The translations under genes were made by a program, and so were the position numbers. The notes beneath the pieces were generated by a model. It ran no database searches, was not told where the DNA came from, and saw nothing but the letters and a program-made list of their open reading frames with translations. From Podarcis cretensis (lineage: Eukaryota), in the NCBI GenBank assembly GCA_951804945.1, contig OX638153.1, positions 102,548,001-102,612,000 on the forward strand: DNA of 64,000 nucleotides, read 5' to 3'. This document shows, in pieces, positions 48,201 to 58,357 of this stretch (positions within the stretch are counted from its first letter, which is position 1; each line of letters begins with the position of its first letter).

Positions 48201-51200
48201 ACTGGGGCTGAATGCAGAGACGGCTTCATGGACGGGGAGGGCACAACAGACAGAGAGAGCGGGCACAGGAGTGCCTACCTGGGGGCAAGGGAGGGGGCTC
48301 AGCAGAATGAGGCCTGGCACTTCCATCGTGGCTCAGGAGCAGCAGAGGAACAAACAGGAAGCCAAACCCAGGCTGGGAGACCCAGGCTGGGCTTTGGCTT
48401 CCATTGCAGGAAAGCCTTTGCTTCTTCCTGCAATGGATCCCCAAACTCAGCCCTCCAGATGTTATCAGACTACAATTCCCATCATCCCTGACCACGGGTC
48501 CTGTTAGCTAGGGATGATGGGAGTTGTAGTCACCAAACATCTGGAGGGCCGAGTTTGGGGATGCCTCTTCTCCAGCGTCAGAAGTCTTGAGAAAACTCCA
48601 TGGTAAGGCAAGATCTTGCACCATCTGCATGTCCAAGGAAACCTTGAAGATATGCAGCCTCTACTCAAGAGTCCAGCTGGCCCACAGCCCCTCCTGGAAG
48701 CCTGACCCCCCCCCACCCCCAAGACTCTCTAAGCACAAGTCTTACTTACTCTTTAATGAACGTCTGAAGCTGCGCTTTAATTGATCTTTGTGTTTGGTCA
48801 AACAGGATCTGAAATAGAGGAAATGCTTGGAGAGTGGCTCAAAGGCACTCCAGACACCATCAGCGCTAGCCTCCTCTTCCTCCCGGTTCTCTAAGGGTCC
48901 CAGGCAACAGATCCCAGAGAATGAGCTCCTGCAATTTGCCACCTTTCCCTTTTCTTTTTTAAACTCAAAGGATATTTCAGATTATACGGCAAGCTCACCA
49001 TGGAGCCAGAGAAGGTACAAACAACAGAGGCTGCCTACCCTCTGCCATGCATGAACTGTTGGCATCCAGGTTAGGCTACTGCCATGGGCTGCCTATGGAG
49101 CAGCCTTGAAGACAGCTCCAGCACCGACTGGTCCAGAATACAGCTGCCCAGTTGGTGACTAAGCCAAAGGGAATCTCACTCGGCAGCTCCTGAACAACTT
49201 CACTGGCTGCGGAACTATTTTTCAGCACACAGTATCAATGTTCACCTTCCCGGCTGGCTCCATGAGCCTTGGAGGGCTTTAGGCAGTCGGCTTTAGCTCC
49301 GGACTGTGACCCCCACCCCTCCCCCCACTGCCTCGTTTTCTTTAGCATCCTTTGATGCTCTCTCTTTGGCATTTGCTACTGTAGGATTATAATGCCATAA
49401 GGCACCTTGGGGGCCCCTTTCAGTGACCAAAAGACAGGACAGGAATAGTTTTGTGACTCAACAGACCAGCCAGAGAAAGGCCTCTCCCCACCAACGACAA
49501 CCGGTTCTGATGCAGCAGCCCAGTGAACCCCCAACCCAGACCCACCCTGCCAGTACTGCCTCCCCCCCCCCATGCCCAACGCTCTGCAAGCTGCTCAAGT
49601 GGAGGAGCCCCACATTCGAGGCTTCCCGAGGCCTCTCCTCACTCCTCCCATGGCTGCCAGGCACTTTCCTGCTTCCAATGGAGCCCCTTCAGCTGGACCC
49701 ATATCTTTCAGCTGACTGAATGGCAAAAAAAGAGAAAAGAACAGAAACGGAAGGCAGGCGCAACAGGAGTGAGGCTGCAAGGGGGGGGGGGCGCAAAGCA
49801 CCTGCCGGAGGAGCAGCTGCAGCCCTGCGCTGAACCCCAGGGCCCACCTGGCTCCCTCCCTTGGCCTCTGCCTCAAAGGCCACACACTGCACACCCCTCC
49901 ACTTGGCTTAGCAAGAAGGGCCCCAACCCACAGCCTCCTAAACAGGCCCAGAAGGAAAGTCATTGTGCCTGGGGCCAAGAAGGCTCCCCTCGGACCATAG
50001 CTTGCGTGCAGGACGCCCCAGGCAGGAACCCCCCACCGCATGCCCTCTCAGCCTTGGAGAAGAGCTGCCAGGACTCGCTGGATGCCTCTTGCTCCAAGGC
50101 ACCTTCCAACGTCCAGCCAGTCTCCCCACTGAAGTTCTTCCTGCCTTTCCCCACTAGTGCTGCCCTGTGCCTTCCACAAGGGGGCACTGAGAGATGGAAA
50201 CTTGGGGTTTCTAGGCTCCAGAGTCCTGCTCTGGGACTGCACAAACAAGCCGCAAAAATGTCAACGGGAGGGAGAAGAGCCCCTCACTTCTTTCCATCTC
50301 TCTTCTTTCCCCCCATGCCAGGAAGATGCATGGCGGACGCTTCCTTCTTTCGCTGCAGCTGAAAGAAAGAGCCACACCATTCGGCAGGCTGCCACGAGGC
50401 TGCAGGAGTCATCTCTGACAAAGCCTCTGTGTTAAGGAGGCTAGAAATTAAGATGTGCAAGGCCCCGCACAGACTCCGGCTGCAGATTCACCCCCATGCC
50501 TGACAGAGGGAGGGAGGCAGAGTTTCCAGATGGCCAGCCAAGGCAACCAGGAGAGAGTGCCAAGAGCTGCGATGTTCCAGGAAGCTGGAACAACCGAGTC
50601 ATACACGCTCCATCAGGACTTCAAAACACACATTTTTTTAATAAAGAGAGAGAGATTTTAAATCTATTAAGGAGGCATTTCATTTCTAAGTGTCTTGGAG
50701 TGTCCTCGAAACACAGGGAAGAAAAACTTTCACATCTTTATCAAACAGCTTTCTAAATCCATAGAGGAGAAAAGCCCACCACAAGTGGAGCTACTTCTGA
50801 AACTTACAGTGTGGTAATTGATCATCTCTTGGAGGCTGTCGGAGAACTTCGTCAAGCTGGTCTGCAAAGGGGGGGGGGGCAGGGAGAGGAAGCAACAAGG
50901 CCAGCCAGATTATTCCTGCCCAGGGAACAGCAGGGAAGCCCCTCTCCCAAACGGATCAGCAGAGACAGCAGAGACAGGGGGCCGGGAGGGGAGGGCGGGA
51001 TTCTGCTCTTGAAAACATTCCTCTTCTACAACTTCTCTCAAGGGGTCAGCATGAACTAACAGATATATTTACCATTTAAAGGCTGAAGAGCCAAGTATGC
51101 TTAGTTTAAGGAGATGAAAGCAACAGGTATTTAATGGGGAGCCCATTTAAGTTCCTACACTCTCTTAGAACAGCTCCTCCCTGGATGGGCTGTAGATTCC

Positions 51201-54200
51201 ACACACACCGCCGCCCCCTCCCACACTCAGGCGCCCAGGCGGGCAGCCCCCTCCCCCCCGGTTCCCCAGGCGAGGGGAAGCTCTAGACCCCAGAATATGG
51301 AACTCTTCTGAGCCCACTTGGCAGGGGGCACTTACCTCCACGAGGGCATCCTTGCTGGAATACTGAGCCAGGTCCTGAATGCCATGGATGAACTGCTTGT
51401 TTGCCAGGCAGAAGGCCTTCCCTGTGTCGATCATCGCAATGCAAAGCTTCACTAACTGAAAGAGAAGCAGCAGAGTCTTCCTATCTCATGGCCGCGGTCG
51501 TCTCTCAACATATCTACTCTGCAGCAAAGAACAGCAAATGCCCTTTTCCTCCAACATCTGGCTGACCACCTTGGCAGATGAAAATGCTGGATGGGACAGA
51601 CCCTGCTGCCCTGTTGCTGGATCCGGCCAAAGGGACTCCATCTAGTCCAGTCTCCTGCTCTCACAGGGGCCATTCAGATGCTCCCCCCCATGAGAAGCAC
51701 ACCAGCAGGACCTGAGCACAACGGCAGCCACTCTGCCCACCTGCGATTTCCAGAAACTACAGTGGTGCCCCGCAAGACGAATGCCTTGCAAGACGAAAAA
51801 ACCCGCTAGACGAAAGGGTTTTCCGTTTTTCGAGGTGCTTCGCAAGACGAATTTCCCTATGGGCTTGCTTTGCAAGACAAAAACGTCTTGCGAGTCTTGC
51901 AAGTTTTTTCCCTTCCCCCCCCCTTTTTCTAAGCCGCTAAGCTGCTAATAGCCGCTTAGCCGCTAATAGCACTAATCCGCTAATAGGGATGCTTCGCAAG
52001 ACGAAAAAATCGCTAGACGAAGAGACTCGCGGAACGGATTATTTTCGTCTTGCGAGGCACCACTGTAGTTGCGTTCCGCATGACAATGCCCACCTCAATA
52101 GTTGACTGGCAGTTAGTTGACCCCCAGGTTCCAGGAGCAGAACTGGCTTCAACTAGGAGTTGGGCCTAAAGGGTGGCATTCAATATCCCCCTTCCACTAG
52201 TGCAAGGATTTACGCTTACACAACAGAACATTGCTTCTCCCTCCCCAAACCTTCTCTTAAGGGACCCTCTGAGGAGCAAGATGGGGGTGGAACTGCCCAG
52301 GTGATGTTTGCTCACCTTGTCCAGCTTCTGCTCTAGCTCTGTTACATCTCCTTCCACATCTTCCAGAGCAGCCCTGTGAGGAGAAAGAGACTGAGATGTC
52401 ACACCCTCCAGACTCCCTGGGAAAGTCGTCCGTTGCTAACAGAAGACCCACCACACGCAAAGCAGCCAGTTCAACTTCAGAAAGGCTTACAGTGGATCTC
52501 TCTGGAGGGGTTTGAGGGATGCGGGTGCTCCATCCTGGCACAACCAAGAGGCACAGGGTGGAGGGGGACTGTGTAGCAGAGGGAGACACCCTGCACTCGG
52601 GCCCAGATCTCCAGGCACTCCTGGAAGTCCCTGGGGTTTCAGTGGCACTGGCTTCCCCATTTAGGTCTGGCCAGATTCCCACTGTTTGCACACCAACTCT
52701 GAGAAGGAGAAGGCTTCAGTGTCAACAACTGCAGCCAAGCACTCAGGGCTGCTTGCAAAATGAGTCGCCTCTCAGAGGATGCCATCCACAGCGCGGAGTC
52801 AACAGCAACTGCCAATGCCAGGTGGGACCTCAATTTGCCACCGGGTGCCACAGAAATACTCTCCCCATTCCAGGCATGACGCTGCCAAACCCATTTGTGG
52901 AAAAGGGCTCTCCTGCCATTTAGGAGGGAGGATGACTACCTTTTTTAAAAAATGCGGACTTGACTATGCTACCACTCAGTGGATTTGTAACTGGCTGACT
53001 GACCGAACCCAAAGGGTGCTCATCAATGGTTCCTCTTCATCCTGGAGAAGAGTGACTAGTGGGGTGCCACAGGGTTCTGTCTTGGGCCCGGTCTTATTCA
53101 ACATCTTTATCAACGACTTGGATGATGGACTCAAGGGCATCCTGATCAAATTTGCAGATGACACCAAACTGGGAGGGGTGGCTAACACCCCAGAGGACAG
53201 GATCACACTTCAAAACGACCTTGACAGATTAGAGAACTGGGCCAAAACAAACAAGATGAATTTTAACAGGGAGAAATGTAAAGTATTGCACTTGGGCAAA
53301 AAAAATGAGAGGCACAAATACAAGATGGGTGACACCTGGCTTGAGAGCAGTACATGTGAAAAGGATCTAGGAGTCTTGGTTGACCACAAACTTGACATGA
53401 GCCAACAGTGACGCGGCAGCTAAAACAGCCAATGCAATTCTGGGCTGCATCAATAGGAGTATAGCATCTAGATCAAGGGAAGTAATAGTGCCACTGTATT
53501 CTGCTCTGGTCAGACCTCACCTGGAGTACTGTGTCCAGTTCTGGGCACCACAGTTCAAGAAGGACACTGACAAACTGGAACGTGTCCAGAGGAGGGCAAC
53601 CAAAATGGTCAAAGGCCTGGAAACGAAGCCTTATGAGGAACGGCTAAGGGAGCTGGGCATGTTTAGCCTGGAGAAGAGGAGGTTAAGGGGTGATATGATA
53701 GCCATGTTCAAATATATAAAAGGATGTCACATAGAGGAGGGAGAAAGGTTGTTTTCTGCTGCTCCAGAGAAGCGGACACGGAGCAATGGATCCAAACTAC
53801 AAGAAAGAAGATTCCACCTAAACATTAGGAAGAACCTCCTGACAGTAAGAGCTATTTGACAGTGGAATTTGCTGCCAAGGAGTGTGGTGGAGTCTCCTTC
53901 TTTGGAGGTCTTTAAGCAGAGGCTTGACAACCATATGTCAGGAGTGCTCTGATGGTGTTTCCTGCTTGGCAGGGGGTTGGACTCGATGGCCCTTGTGGTC
54001 TCTTCCAACTCTATGATTCCATGATTCTATGTACCCTCCTTAGTTTTCAAATATGGGACTTACCTGATGCCTCTAAAAAATTTTTGTACTGTTTGTATTT
54101 GTTAATTTCTTTCTTTGAAAACAGTAAAACACATTTACCAAAAGAAAAAAAAAAGGGTCTATCTTTGGGAGTAAAGGCTTGGATCCCAAGGGAAGTTAAC

Positions 54201-57200
54201 TTAAGTATTTCTTGGCAGAAAACACTTCTGCTTCCGCCTACCGCACCTCCCAGAAAAGTCTCCCCTGAGAGCCCCTCTTGAAGGCAGTGGTGGGCACCAA
54301 CTGGGAAGGCTTTAAAAGAGGGCAAGACAAATGCAGGGAGAAGAGCACTACCCAAAGCTGCAGGGATTCACAGAATGGATTTTGCTGCAAGTTAAAATAG
54401 CTTATGCTTCTGAAAATGCCTATTAAGATTGTCTTTGCAGTCTGTTGGGCTAGCACAGGGACAGGAAACTTTTTTCCCTCCAGATGTTGTCGAGGAAACA
54501 ACTCCCCTCACTGCCATCGGCCATCCTGAGGGTCACTATTTGGAGGGTCACAGCCCCCCCCCGCCGAACTAGAGCACAAAAAGCAAGTGACACATGACAA
54601 AGCATCCCCACCCTCTGCCTTACAGCTGTGGCAGATTAAATACTGCTTTCCAGTGCTTTGAAGAAGCATTTTCCTCCTCCTTACAATCCAAACAAAAGTT
54701 TGCTGACGCGTTGCTCTGTAGCAACACTGGTTAGGGTTTGATGCTTGGAGCCCCTCCCTGAAACAACTTCTGCATTTGACATCCGTCATTTGCACAACTG
54801 GGTCAACTCGAGGCCTGTTCTCTTGTCTAGTTTCACTGGTCACTGTCAGAAGGAAACTGAGGTTATGCCCCGCGAAGCCTGGAAGGAGACTGCCAAATTC
54901 CTAGCTGCCTGAATCCAGTTTTGTGGTGCCTGAGATTTCTCCAGCCTCATCAACAGACAAAGAGGGCTGTATCCAGATAGGAGAGACTATGGTTTACTAA
55001 GATGAGAAGAAGGCTGAGTAAGCCTTGGACTCACACAAGACCCCCCCCCTCCTCTTCCAGCACCACCACAAGGAGCTTGAACTTCCAATTTCTGATTAAA
55101 CACAGCTTGCAACATCATCTAGATCTGACAAATGGTAGTTTATCTTAACTATGGTTTCCTTCAAACAAGCCAACTTCAAGCACAGGCTACAAAGCAGACT
55201 TGTTTCAAAAAACTGTAGTCTGTCAGGTTCAGATGCCATGCGAAAGTGGTTCATTGAAGCCTGAAGCCAGATTGGGAGAAGGTACAGGAATGAATGTGCC
55301 TGGGGCTGGCTTCTGTCACAATAAACCAGAGTTTATCATGGCATAGCAACACAGCATCTCTACTATGCCTGCCTTATTCTGCAAATCTCAAGCACTGGCA
55401 AAAATAACCCTCTCGGCCCTTTTTTCTTCCTCCATTTCAGCTACACATCCAAGGAGTCTTAAAACTTGGAGACCATTTTCCCTGTCAGTTACCCATCTGA
55501 ACCGTTTCTCTGGTAACTTTACACAAAGAATCACACCTGCAGAGCAGGAGCCCTGAGAAGCCTGCCCTGTGAACGGCTTTGTATCTTTGCTTCTCTGTAT
55601 TCAGGTAAAATGACAGCAACACAGAAATCTCTATTCATTTGGCAAACGCGAGCAGCAAAAGGAACCATATTAAAGGACAGCTAAACTTGATCAGCTCCAG
55701 ATTCCAAGAATTACATACTGAAGTGGGTAGAAGTCTGGCAGGAAACCACCCGCCGGTTTGCAGAATAAGCCAGCCTCTTGCATGGGTGTTTCCTTCTAGC
55801 TTTCCTTTCAAGCTCCAGGCTGCAACCCATCTGAGACAACCTCCATGACCAGAAGAGCCACTGTGGTCCAGTCTGGCAAGGGAGGGACCAAACATCTCAT
55901 AAGCACACAGCAGTACAGGAAGGGTGGGTACACCCTGCAAGTTAAGGGTAGAAGTGTCTCCATAACAGCCAACGCATCAGCTCTGTGAAGGCACCCTGCT
56001 ACTTAGGGGGCACTGGAGTCTAACTAAGGCATCGCCTGCATCAGTATATCCAAGCAGCCGACATAAATCCCTGCGCTGGGGGCCACGGTCCCTTACTCAC
56101 ATCTGGGGGTGGCTTCTGCTGCACAGGTCTCCCTCCAGCCACTGTGGCTACTTCCTATCCTGCTTTCCTTGTCGTGATAGTCACTGACTGAAAAGCCACA
56201 TGTTGAAAAGTGGATTCAATGACATTGCAATGGAAGAACGTCTTTCATACATGAGCCCTGGAGAAGCCAGCATTACAAATTCCATTGTGTAGATGGGAAA
56301 CACTGAAGGTGAGGAAAGAGTGGCAGGGATGCCTGAGGCAACTAGAGAAAAGAAACCATCAAGATGCCTAAATAAATGATGGAATCACCATGGCGGGATG
56401 CATCTGAGGCCACTAGCCAAGCAGGCAGTAGGAGACTGAAGGGACAACATTCTTGTTGCCTTCCAGCATTTGGATATAGGGCTGCTAACAGTTGTTCTTT
56501 CCCCTATATTTCAAAGCTTCTGAAGAGGCTAAAGAGGCTAACCACAAACTGAGGACACACCAGGTGCTTTTACCAGAGGCTCAAAAATAGACGAAACCAA
56601 AATCAGGTAGAGTTGGCTGGTTGGTGTGCGAGACCCCCACACCGCTTACTGTGGGTTGGCTGAGATGGGTAACACAGATTTGTGTCTGTTCCAGTCTATT
56701 TCTTGTGTGCATTCCAGAGCAGCTGAGCTCAAGATGAATGCGGCTTGTGGAAGTCAAAACACACAAACAAACCATCCACAGAAACATCCACTGTAACTTA
56801 GCAAATACAGTCTAACATGTATGAAAGAGTCACATGTCCATCAGAACATTTGAGCATTAGGAGAAGTCAATGATTCCTACTTATTTTGATGTTTCTCATT
56901 TGTACCCTGATGTTGAATGCCCTCCAGGGCTCGCAAGACAAAGTCTTGAGCACAGGACCACAAAAAGCCCCCAGGCCTTTCTTGGGACTCAGCCTGTCCC
57001 TGCCTGGATCCAAGTGAGCACTGATGCCCCGCAAGGATCCAGTGTCAGCTAGCAAGGTCCTCCTGAGCCCCAAAGCCCAGCTGGCATTTGCTTCAAGGCC
57101 TCTTCTCCCCTCACGGAGCCCCTGGCCGGGGACAATCTCCACTCCACTCCCTAAAGGTCTGCCTCAGAGGGGAAGCCGGAGGAGGAGGAGGAGGAGGAGG

Positions 57201-57551
57201 GCGCCCCCTCTGTCCCCCACCACGCTGGCTCCCCCCAGCTCGGCCCTCCAGGTGTTTGGGGACTACTACTCCCATGATCCCTAGCTAGCAGGCCCAGGGG
57301 TCAGGGATGCTGGGAGCTGCAGTCCCCAAACCCCGGGAGGGCCGAGCTGGGGGGAGCCTGCTGAAGAGGAAGGGCGGACTCAGAGAAGGCGGCGGGCTCG
57401 CCTTCCTTCCGCCGCGACTCCTGCCCCGCCGCCCCCGGGGGGCTGGACCAGCTGGCCCCGGCGGCCTCCCCCCTCCCCCCGGACTCCGCCCTCCGGACCT
57501 GAAGCGGGGCGAGTCCTTGAGGCACTCCTCGAAGTCCACGGCCACCCTCAT
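28504..57551 (-). CDS. ACAP2: ACAP2 (Arf-GAP with coiled-coil, ANK repeat and PH domains 2 / centaurin beta-2), span of 23 core coding exons, 2349 nt = 782 aa + stop
   Basis: Exons join in frame with AG acceptors and GT donors (one GC). Peptides match recalled human ACAP2 ([14 protein letters not shown]; [17 protein letters not shown]; [29 protein letters not shown]; [25 protein letters not shown]). Adjacent to XXYLT1 as in human. Confidence 0.97.
31408..31490 (-). CDS. ACAP2: Alternative ACAP2 C-terminus by read-through of the exon 22 donor ([27 protein letters not shown])
   Basis: In-frame extension to TGA, closely resembling the recalled ACAP3 C-terminus ([21 protein letters not shown]). 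Confidence 0.75.
31491..31552 (-). CDS. ACAP2: ACAP2 exon 22 ([20 protein letters not shown])
   Basis: 62 nt, CGCAG acceptor, weak donor G|GTCAAC. Confidence 0.93.
31939..32049 (-). CDS. ACAP2: ACAP2 exon 21 ([37 protein letters not shown])
   Basis: 111 nt, TGCAG / GTGAG. Confidence 0.95.
32057..32243 (-). mobile_element. 5'-truncated Squam3-like SINE abutting the ACAP2 exon 21 acceptor
   Basis: Minus strand CATGCAGCTGCTGGGTGACCTTGGGCCAGTCACACTTC...GATATCAAATCCAAACTCCTCCTCC. Confidence 0.8.
32335..32580 (-). mobile_element. L2-like LINE 3' fragment
   Basis: Minus strand GGGCCTTTTCTGTGGTGGCTCC...TGTAAACCGCCCAG...GAAGGGCAGCATAGAAATTTAAT. Confidence 0.6.
32665..32774 (-). CDS. ACAP2: ACAP2 exon 20 ([37 protein letters not shown])
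   Basis: 110 nt, CGTAG / GTAGG. Confidence 0.95.
32891..33084 (-). CDS. ACAP2: ACAP2 exon 19, ankyrin region (PGLQLYLAS...[13 protein letters not shown]...TPLIQAVLG)
   Basis: 194 nt, TCCAG / GTGAG. Confidence 0.93.
33703..33783 (-). CDS. ACAP2: ACAP2 exon 18 ([27 protein letters not shown])
   Basis: 81 nt, CACAG / GTGGG. Confidence 0.9.
34010..34455 (+). mobile_element. Old CR1 3' fragment
   Basis: [28 protein letters not shown]...LDGFKRG. Confidence 0.75.
34568..34623. repeat. (GA/TC)n microsatellite just downstream of the cassette exon donor
   Basis: Directly visible. Confidence 0.9.
34636..34740 (-). CDS. ACAP2: ACAP2 105-nt cassette exon ([34 protein letters not shown])
   Basis: CCCAG / GTAAGT, phase 1-1, 35 codons. 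The [16 protein letters not shown] motif is recalled from ACAP3 and long ACAP2 isoforms. Confidence 0.8.
35422..35621 (-). CDS. ACAP2: ACAP2 exon 17 ([17 protein letters not shown]... plus divergent linker)
   Basis: 200 nt, CGCAG acceptor, donor G|GTAGGG in phase 1 matching downstream exons. Confidence 0.85.
35916..35973. repeat. (TTA)n microsatellite
   Basis: Directly visible. Confidence 0.95.
36473..36599 (+). mobile_element. tRNA-Lys(CTT)-derived SINE with a CR1-type tail
   Basis: GCTCAGTTGGCAGAGCATGAGACTCTTAATCTGAGGGTTGTGGGTTCCAGCCCCACGTTGGGC followed by GGGGTTGGACTGGATG...CCCTTCCAACTC. Confidence 0.85.
36608..36702 (-). CDS. ACAP2: ACAP2 exon 16 ([32 protein letters not shown])
   Basis: 95 nt, TGCAG / GTAGG. 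Confidence 0.95.
37444..37513 (-). CDS. ACAP2: ACAP2 exon 15 ([23 protein letters not shown])
   Basis: 70 nt, CTTAG / GTATT. Confidence 0.95.
37627..37832 (-). CDS. ACAP2: ACAP2 exon 14, ArfGAP zinc finger (CCDC...CIEC...HR)
   Basis: 206 nt, TCCAG / GTGGG, CxxCx16CxxCx4R motif. Confidence 0.95.
38254..38359 (-). CDS. ACAP2: ACAP2 exon 13 ([35 protein letters not shown]), GC donor
   Basis: 106 nt, CGCAG acceptor. The donor GAG|GCAAGT keeps frame with exon 14. Confidence 0.9.
39376..39476 (-). CDS. ACAP2: ACAP2 exon 12 ([34 protein letters not shown])
   Basis: 101 nt, CCTAG / GTAAG. Confidence 0.95.
39921..40596 (-). mobile_element. Young 5'-truncated CR1 LINE, ORF2 C-terminus open
   Basis: 197-aa ORF ([10 protein letters not shown]...[16 protein letters not shown]...[10 protein letters not shown]) and CR1 (ATTCTRTG)-type tail. 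Confidence 0.95.
40890..40941 (-). CDS. ACAP2: ACAP2 exon 11 ([17 protein letters not shown])
   Basis: 52 nt, TGCAG / GTGAG. Confidence 0.95.
42208..42290. repeat. (GA)n/(GAGATA)n compound microsatellite
   Basis: Directly visible. Confidence 0.95.
43321..43341 (-). CDS. ACAP2: ACAP2 21-nt alternative microexon (adds KKPDGIR in the PH domain)
   Basis: CTAAC branch point and polypyrimidine tract, then GACAG|GAAAAAGCCCGATGGCATCAG|GTACCA. Phase 2-2 and frame-preserving. Resembles the recalled KKPDHIR insert of vertebrate ACAP2 isoforms. Confidence 0.8.
44650..44762 (-). CDS. ACAP2: ACAP2 exon 10 (DFASDD...[17 protein letters not shown]), PH domain start
   Basis: 113 nt, GCCAG / GTACC. Confidence 0.95.
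45995..46069 (-). CDS. ACAP2: ACAP2 exon 9 ([25 protein letters not shown])
   Basis: 75 nt, TGCAG / GTACT. Confidence 0.95.
46498..46593 (-). CDS. ACAP2: ACAP2 exon 8 ([32 protein letters not shown])
   Basis: 96 nt, GCCAG / GTAAC. Confidence 0.95.
46844..46888 (-). CDS. ACAP2: ACAP2 exon 7 ([15 protein letters not shown])
   Basis: 45 nt, CCTAG / GTAAG. Confidence 0.95.
47935..48118 (-). CDS. ACAP2: ACAP2 exon 6 ([12 protein letters not shown]...ALDYVLQ)
   Basis: 184 nt, TCTAG / GTGGG. Confidence 0.95.
48437..48562. mobile_element. Palindromic hAT-derived MITE
   Basis: ATCCCCAAACTCAGCCCTCCAGATG / CATCTGGAGGGCCGAGTTTGGGGAT arms. Confidence 0.8.
48750..48808 (-). CDS. ACAP2: ACAP2 exon 5 ([20 protein letters not shown])
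   Basis: 59 nt, TTCAG / GTAAG. Confidence 0.95.
49086..49215 (+). mobile_element. Degraded L2 ORF2 fragment
   Basis: CTGGTCCAGAATACAGCTGCC (LVQNTAA) and CTTCACTGGCTG (LHWL) motifs. Confidence 0.5.
50808..50861 (-). CDS. ACAP2: ACAP2 exon 4 ([18 protein letters not shown])
   Basis: 54 nt, TGCAG / GTAAG. Confidence 0.95.
51336..51455 (-). CDS. ACAP2: ACAP2 exon 3 ([15 protein letters not shown]...DALVE)
   Basis: 120 nt, TTCAG / GTAAG. Confidence 0.95.
51760..52065. mobile_element. Tc1/mariner (Tigger/pogo-like) MITE, 306 bp
   Basis: TIR CAGTGGTGCCYCGCAAGACGAA at both ends, TA target duplication, internal GCAAGACGAA repeats. Confidence 0.9.
52316..52373 (-). CDS. ACAP2: ACAP2 exon 2 ([19 protein letters not shown]), BAR
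   Basis: 58 nt, CACAG acceptor, GTGAG donor, phase fits. Confidence 0.95.
52947..54031 (+). mobile_element. Young 5'-truncated CR1 LINE (RT domain to 3' end) in ACAP2 intron 1
   Basis: [22 protein letters not shown] and [10 protein letters not shown] motifs; 2-bp frameshift near 53408; premature TGA at 53857-53859; ATTCTATG tail. Confidence 0.95.
57227..57358. mobile_element. Palindromic hAT-derived MITE in ACAP2 intron 1 (GC-rich version)
   Basis: Perfect 23-bp inverted arms GGCTCCCCCCAGCTCGGCCCTCC; core similar to the 48437 copy. Confidence 0.8.
57499..57551 (-). CDS. ACAP2: ACAP2 coding exon 1 ([18 protein letters not shown])
   Basis: GCAGCCATG start, 53 nt, donor AG|GTCCGG, inside a CpG island. 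Confidence 0.95.
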
Positions 57552-58140
57552 GGCTGCCTCCCCGCCGCCGCCGCCGCCGCTCCTTCCTTCTCTCCCTCAG
57601 AGACTCGACTCGGCTCTGCCGGGGGGGGGGCGAGGCGAGAGGGAGGGAGGGAGGGCGGAGAGGGAGGGCGGAGCCCAGCCCAGCGCCCCACCCGCCGACC
57701 AATCGGCACAGGCGGCGCTACGCACGAGCCAATGGACGCCGGCGGCAGGCGTCTCTTCCGCAGGCCGCCTCCGAAGGGGCAGCTCCCCGAGCCAATGGGG
57801 AGGGAGAGTGCGGGCCGCTCGCGCCTATCCCGGCCTGCCAAAGCCCTTTCCTAGGCTTCCTTCACCCGCCCCCCCATTCTGGATAAGGGGCATCCCGGAG
57901 AGCCAATAGCGCTCGTCCATAATGCGCGCCTCCGTCGCGTCCTGCGTAGCCAATCGGGAGCAGGCAGAGCCGCGTTGAGAGGGGGACGGCCCCGTTGCTT
58001 AGCAGTTGAGCGGAACGCCTCTCCAGGAGTGACGTAGGCAGAAGCAGGAGCCCCGCCCCCCTTCAAGAGCGGCTGCTGAGAAGGGGCGGAGGGAGGCCCT
58101 TCCAGGTCCAGCTGTCCTTTGTCCACAACCAATGGCTGCT
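57552..58140 (-). promoter_or_regulatory. ACAP2 CpG-island promoter/5'UTR with six CCAAT boxes, GC boxes and a CRE-like site
   Basis: CCAAT (plus strand) at 57699, 57729, 57792, 57903, 57950 and 58129; GGGCGG boxes; TGACGTAG at ~58030; high CpG density. Confidence 0.8.
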
Positions 58141-58183
58141 GCTTTTTGTGTAGGAGAGATGCTAGATGGTCATTGATGGACCT

Positions 58184-58316
58184 CACAGGGCATCTGAAGG
58201 CAGCCCTGCGCAGGGAAGTTTTTAATCTGTGATATTTTAGTGTATTTTTGGTTTCTATGGAAGCCGCCCAGAGTGGCTGGGGAAACCCAGCCAGATGGGC
58301 GGGGTACAAATAATAA

Positions 58317-58357
<41 letters not shown>
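58184..58357 (+). mobile_element. L2-type LINE 3' end with a (TTA)n tail
   Basis: GGAAGCCGCCCAGAGTGGCTGGGGAAACCCAGCCAGATGGGCGGGGTACAAATAATAAATTATT. Confidence 0.7.

Noticed and set aside
51760-52065. CRISPR-like array of GCAAGACGAA repeats
   Set aside because: The repeats are short, irregularly spaced and in both orientations, inside TIRs with a TA TSD. This is a eukaryotic MITE.
28504-57551. Assignment to ACAP1 or ACAP3
   Set aside because: Exon peptides, the [25 protein letters not shown] tail and XXYLT1 adjacency all indicate ACAP2, despite the ACAP3-like optional segments.
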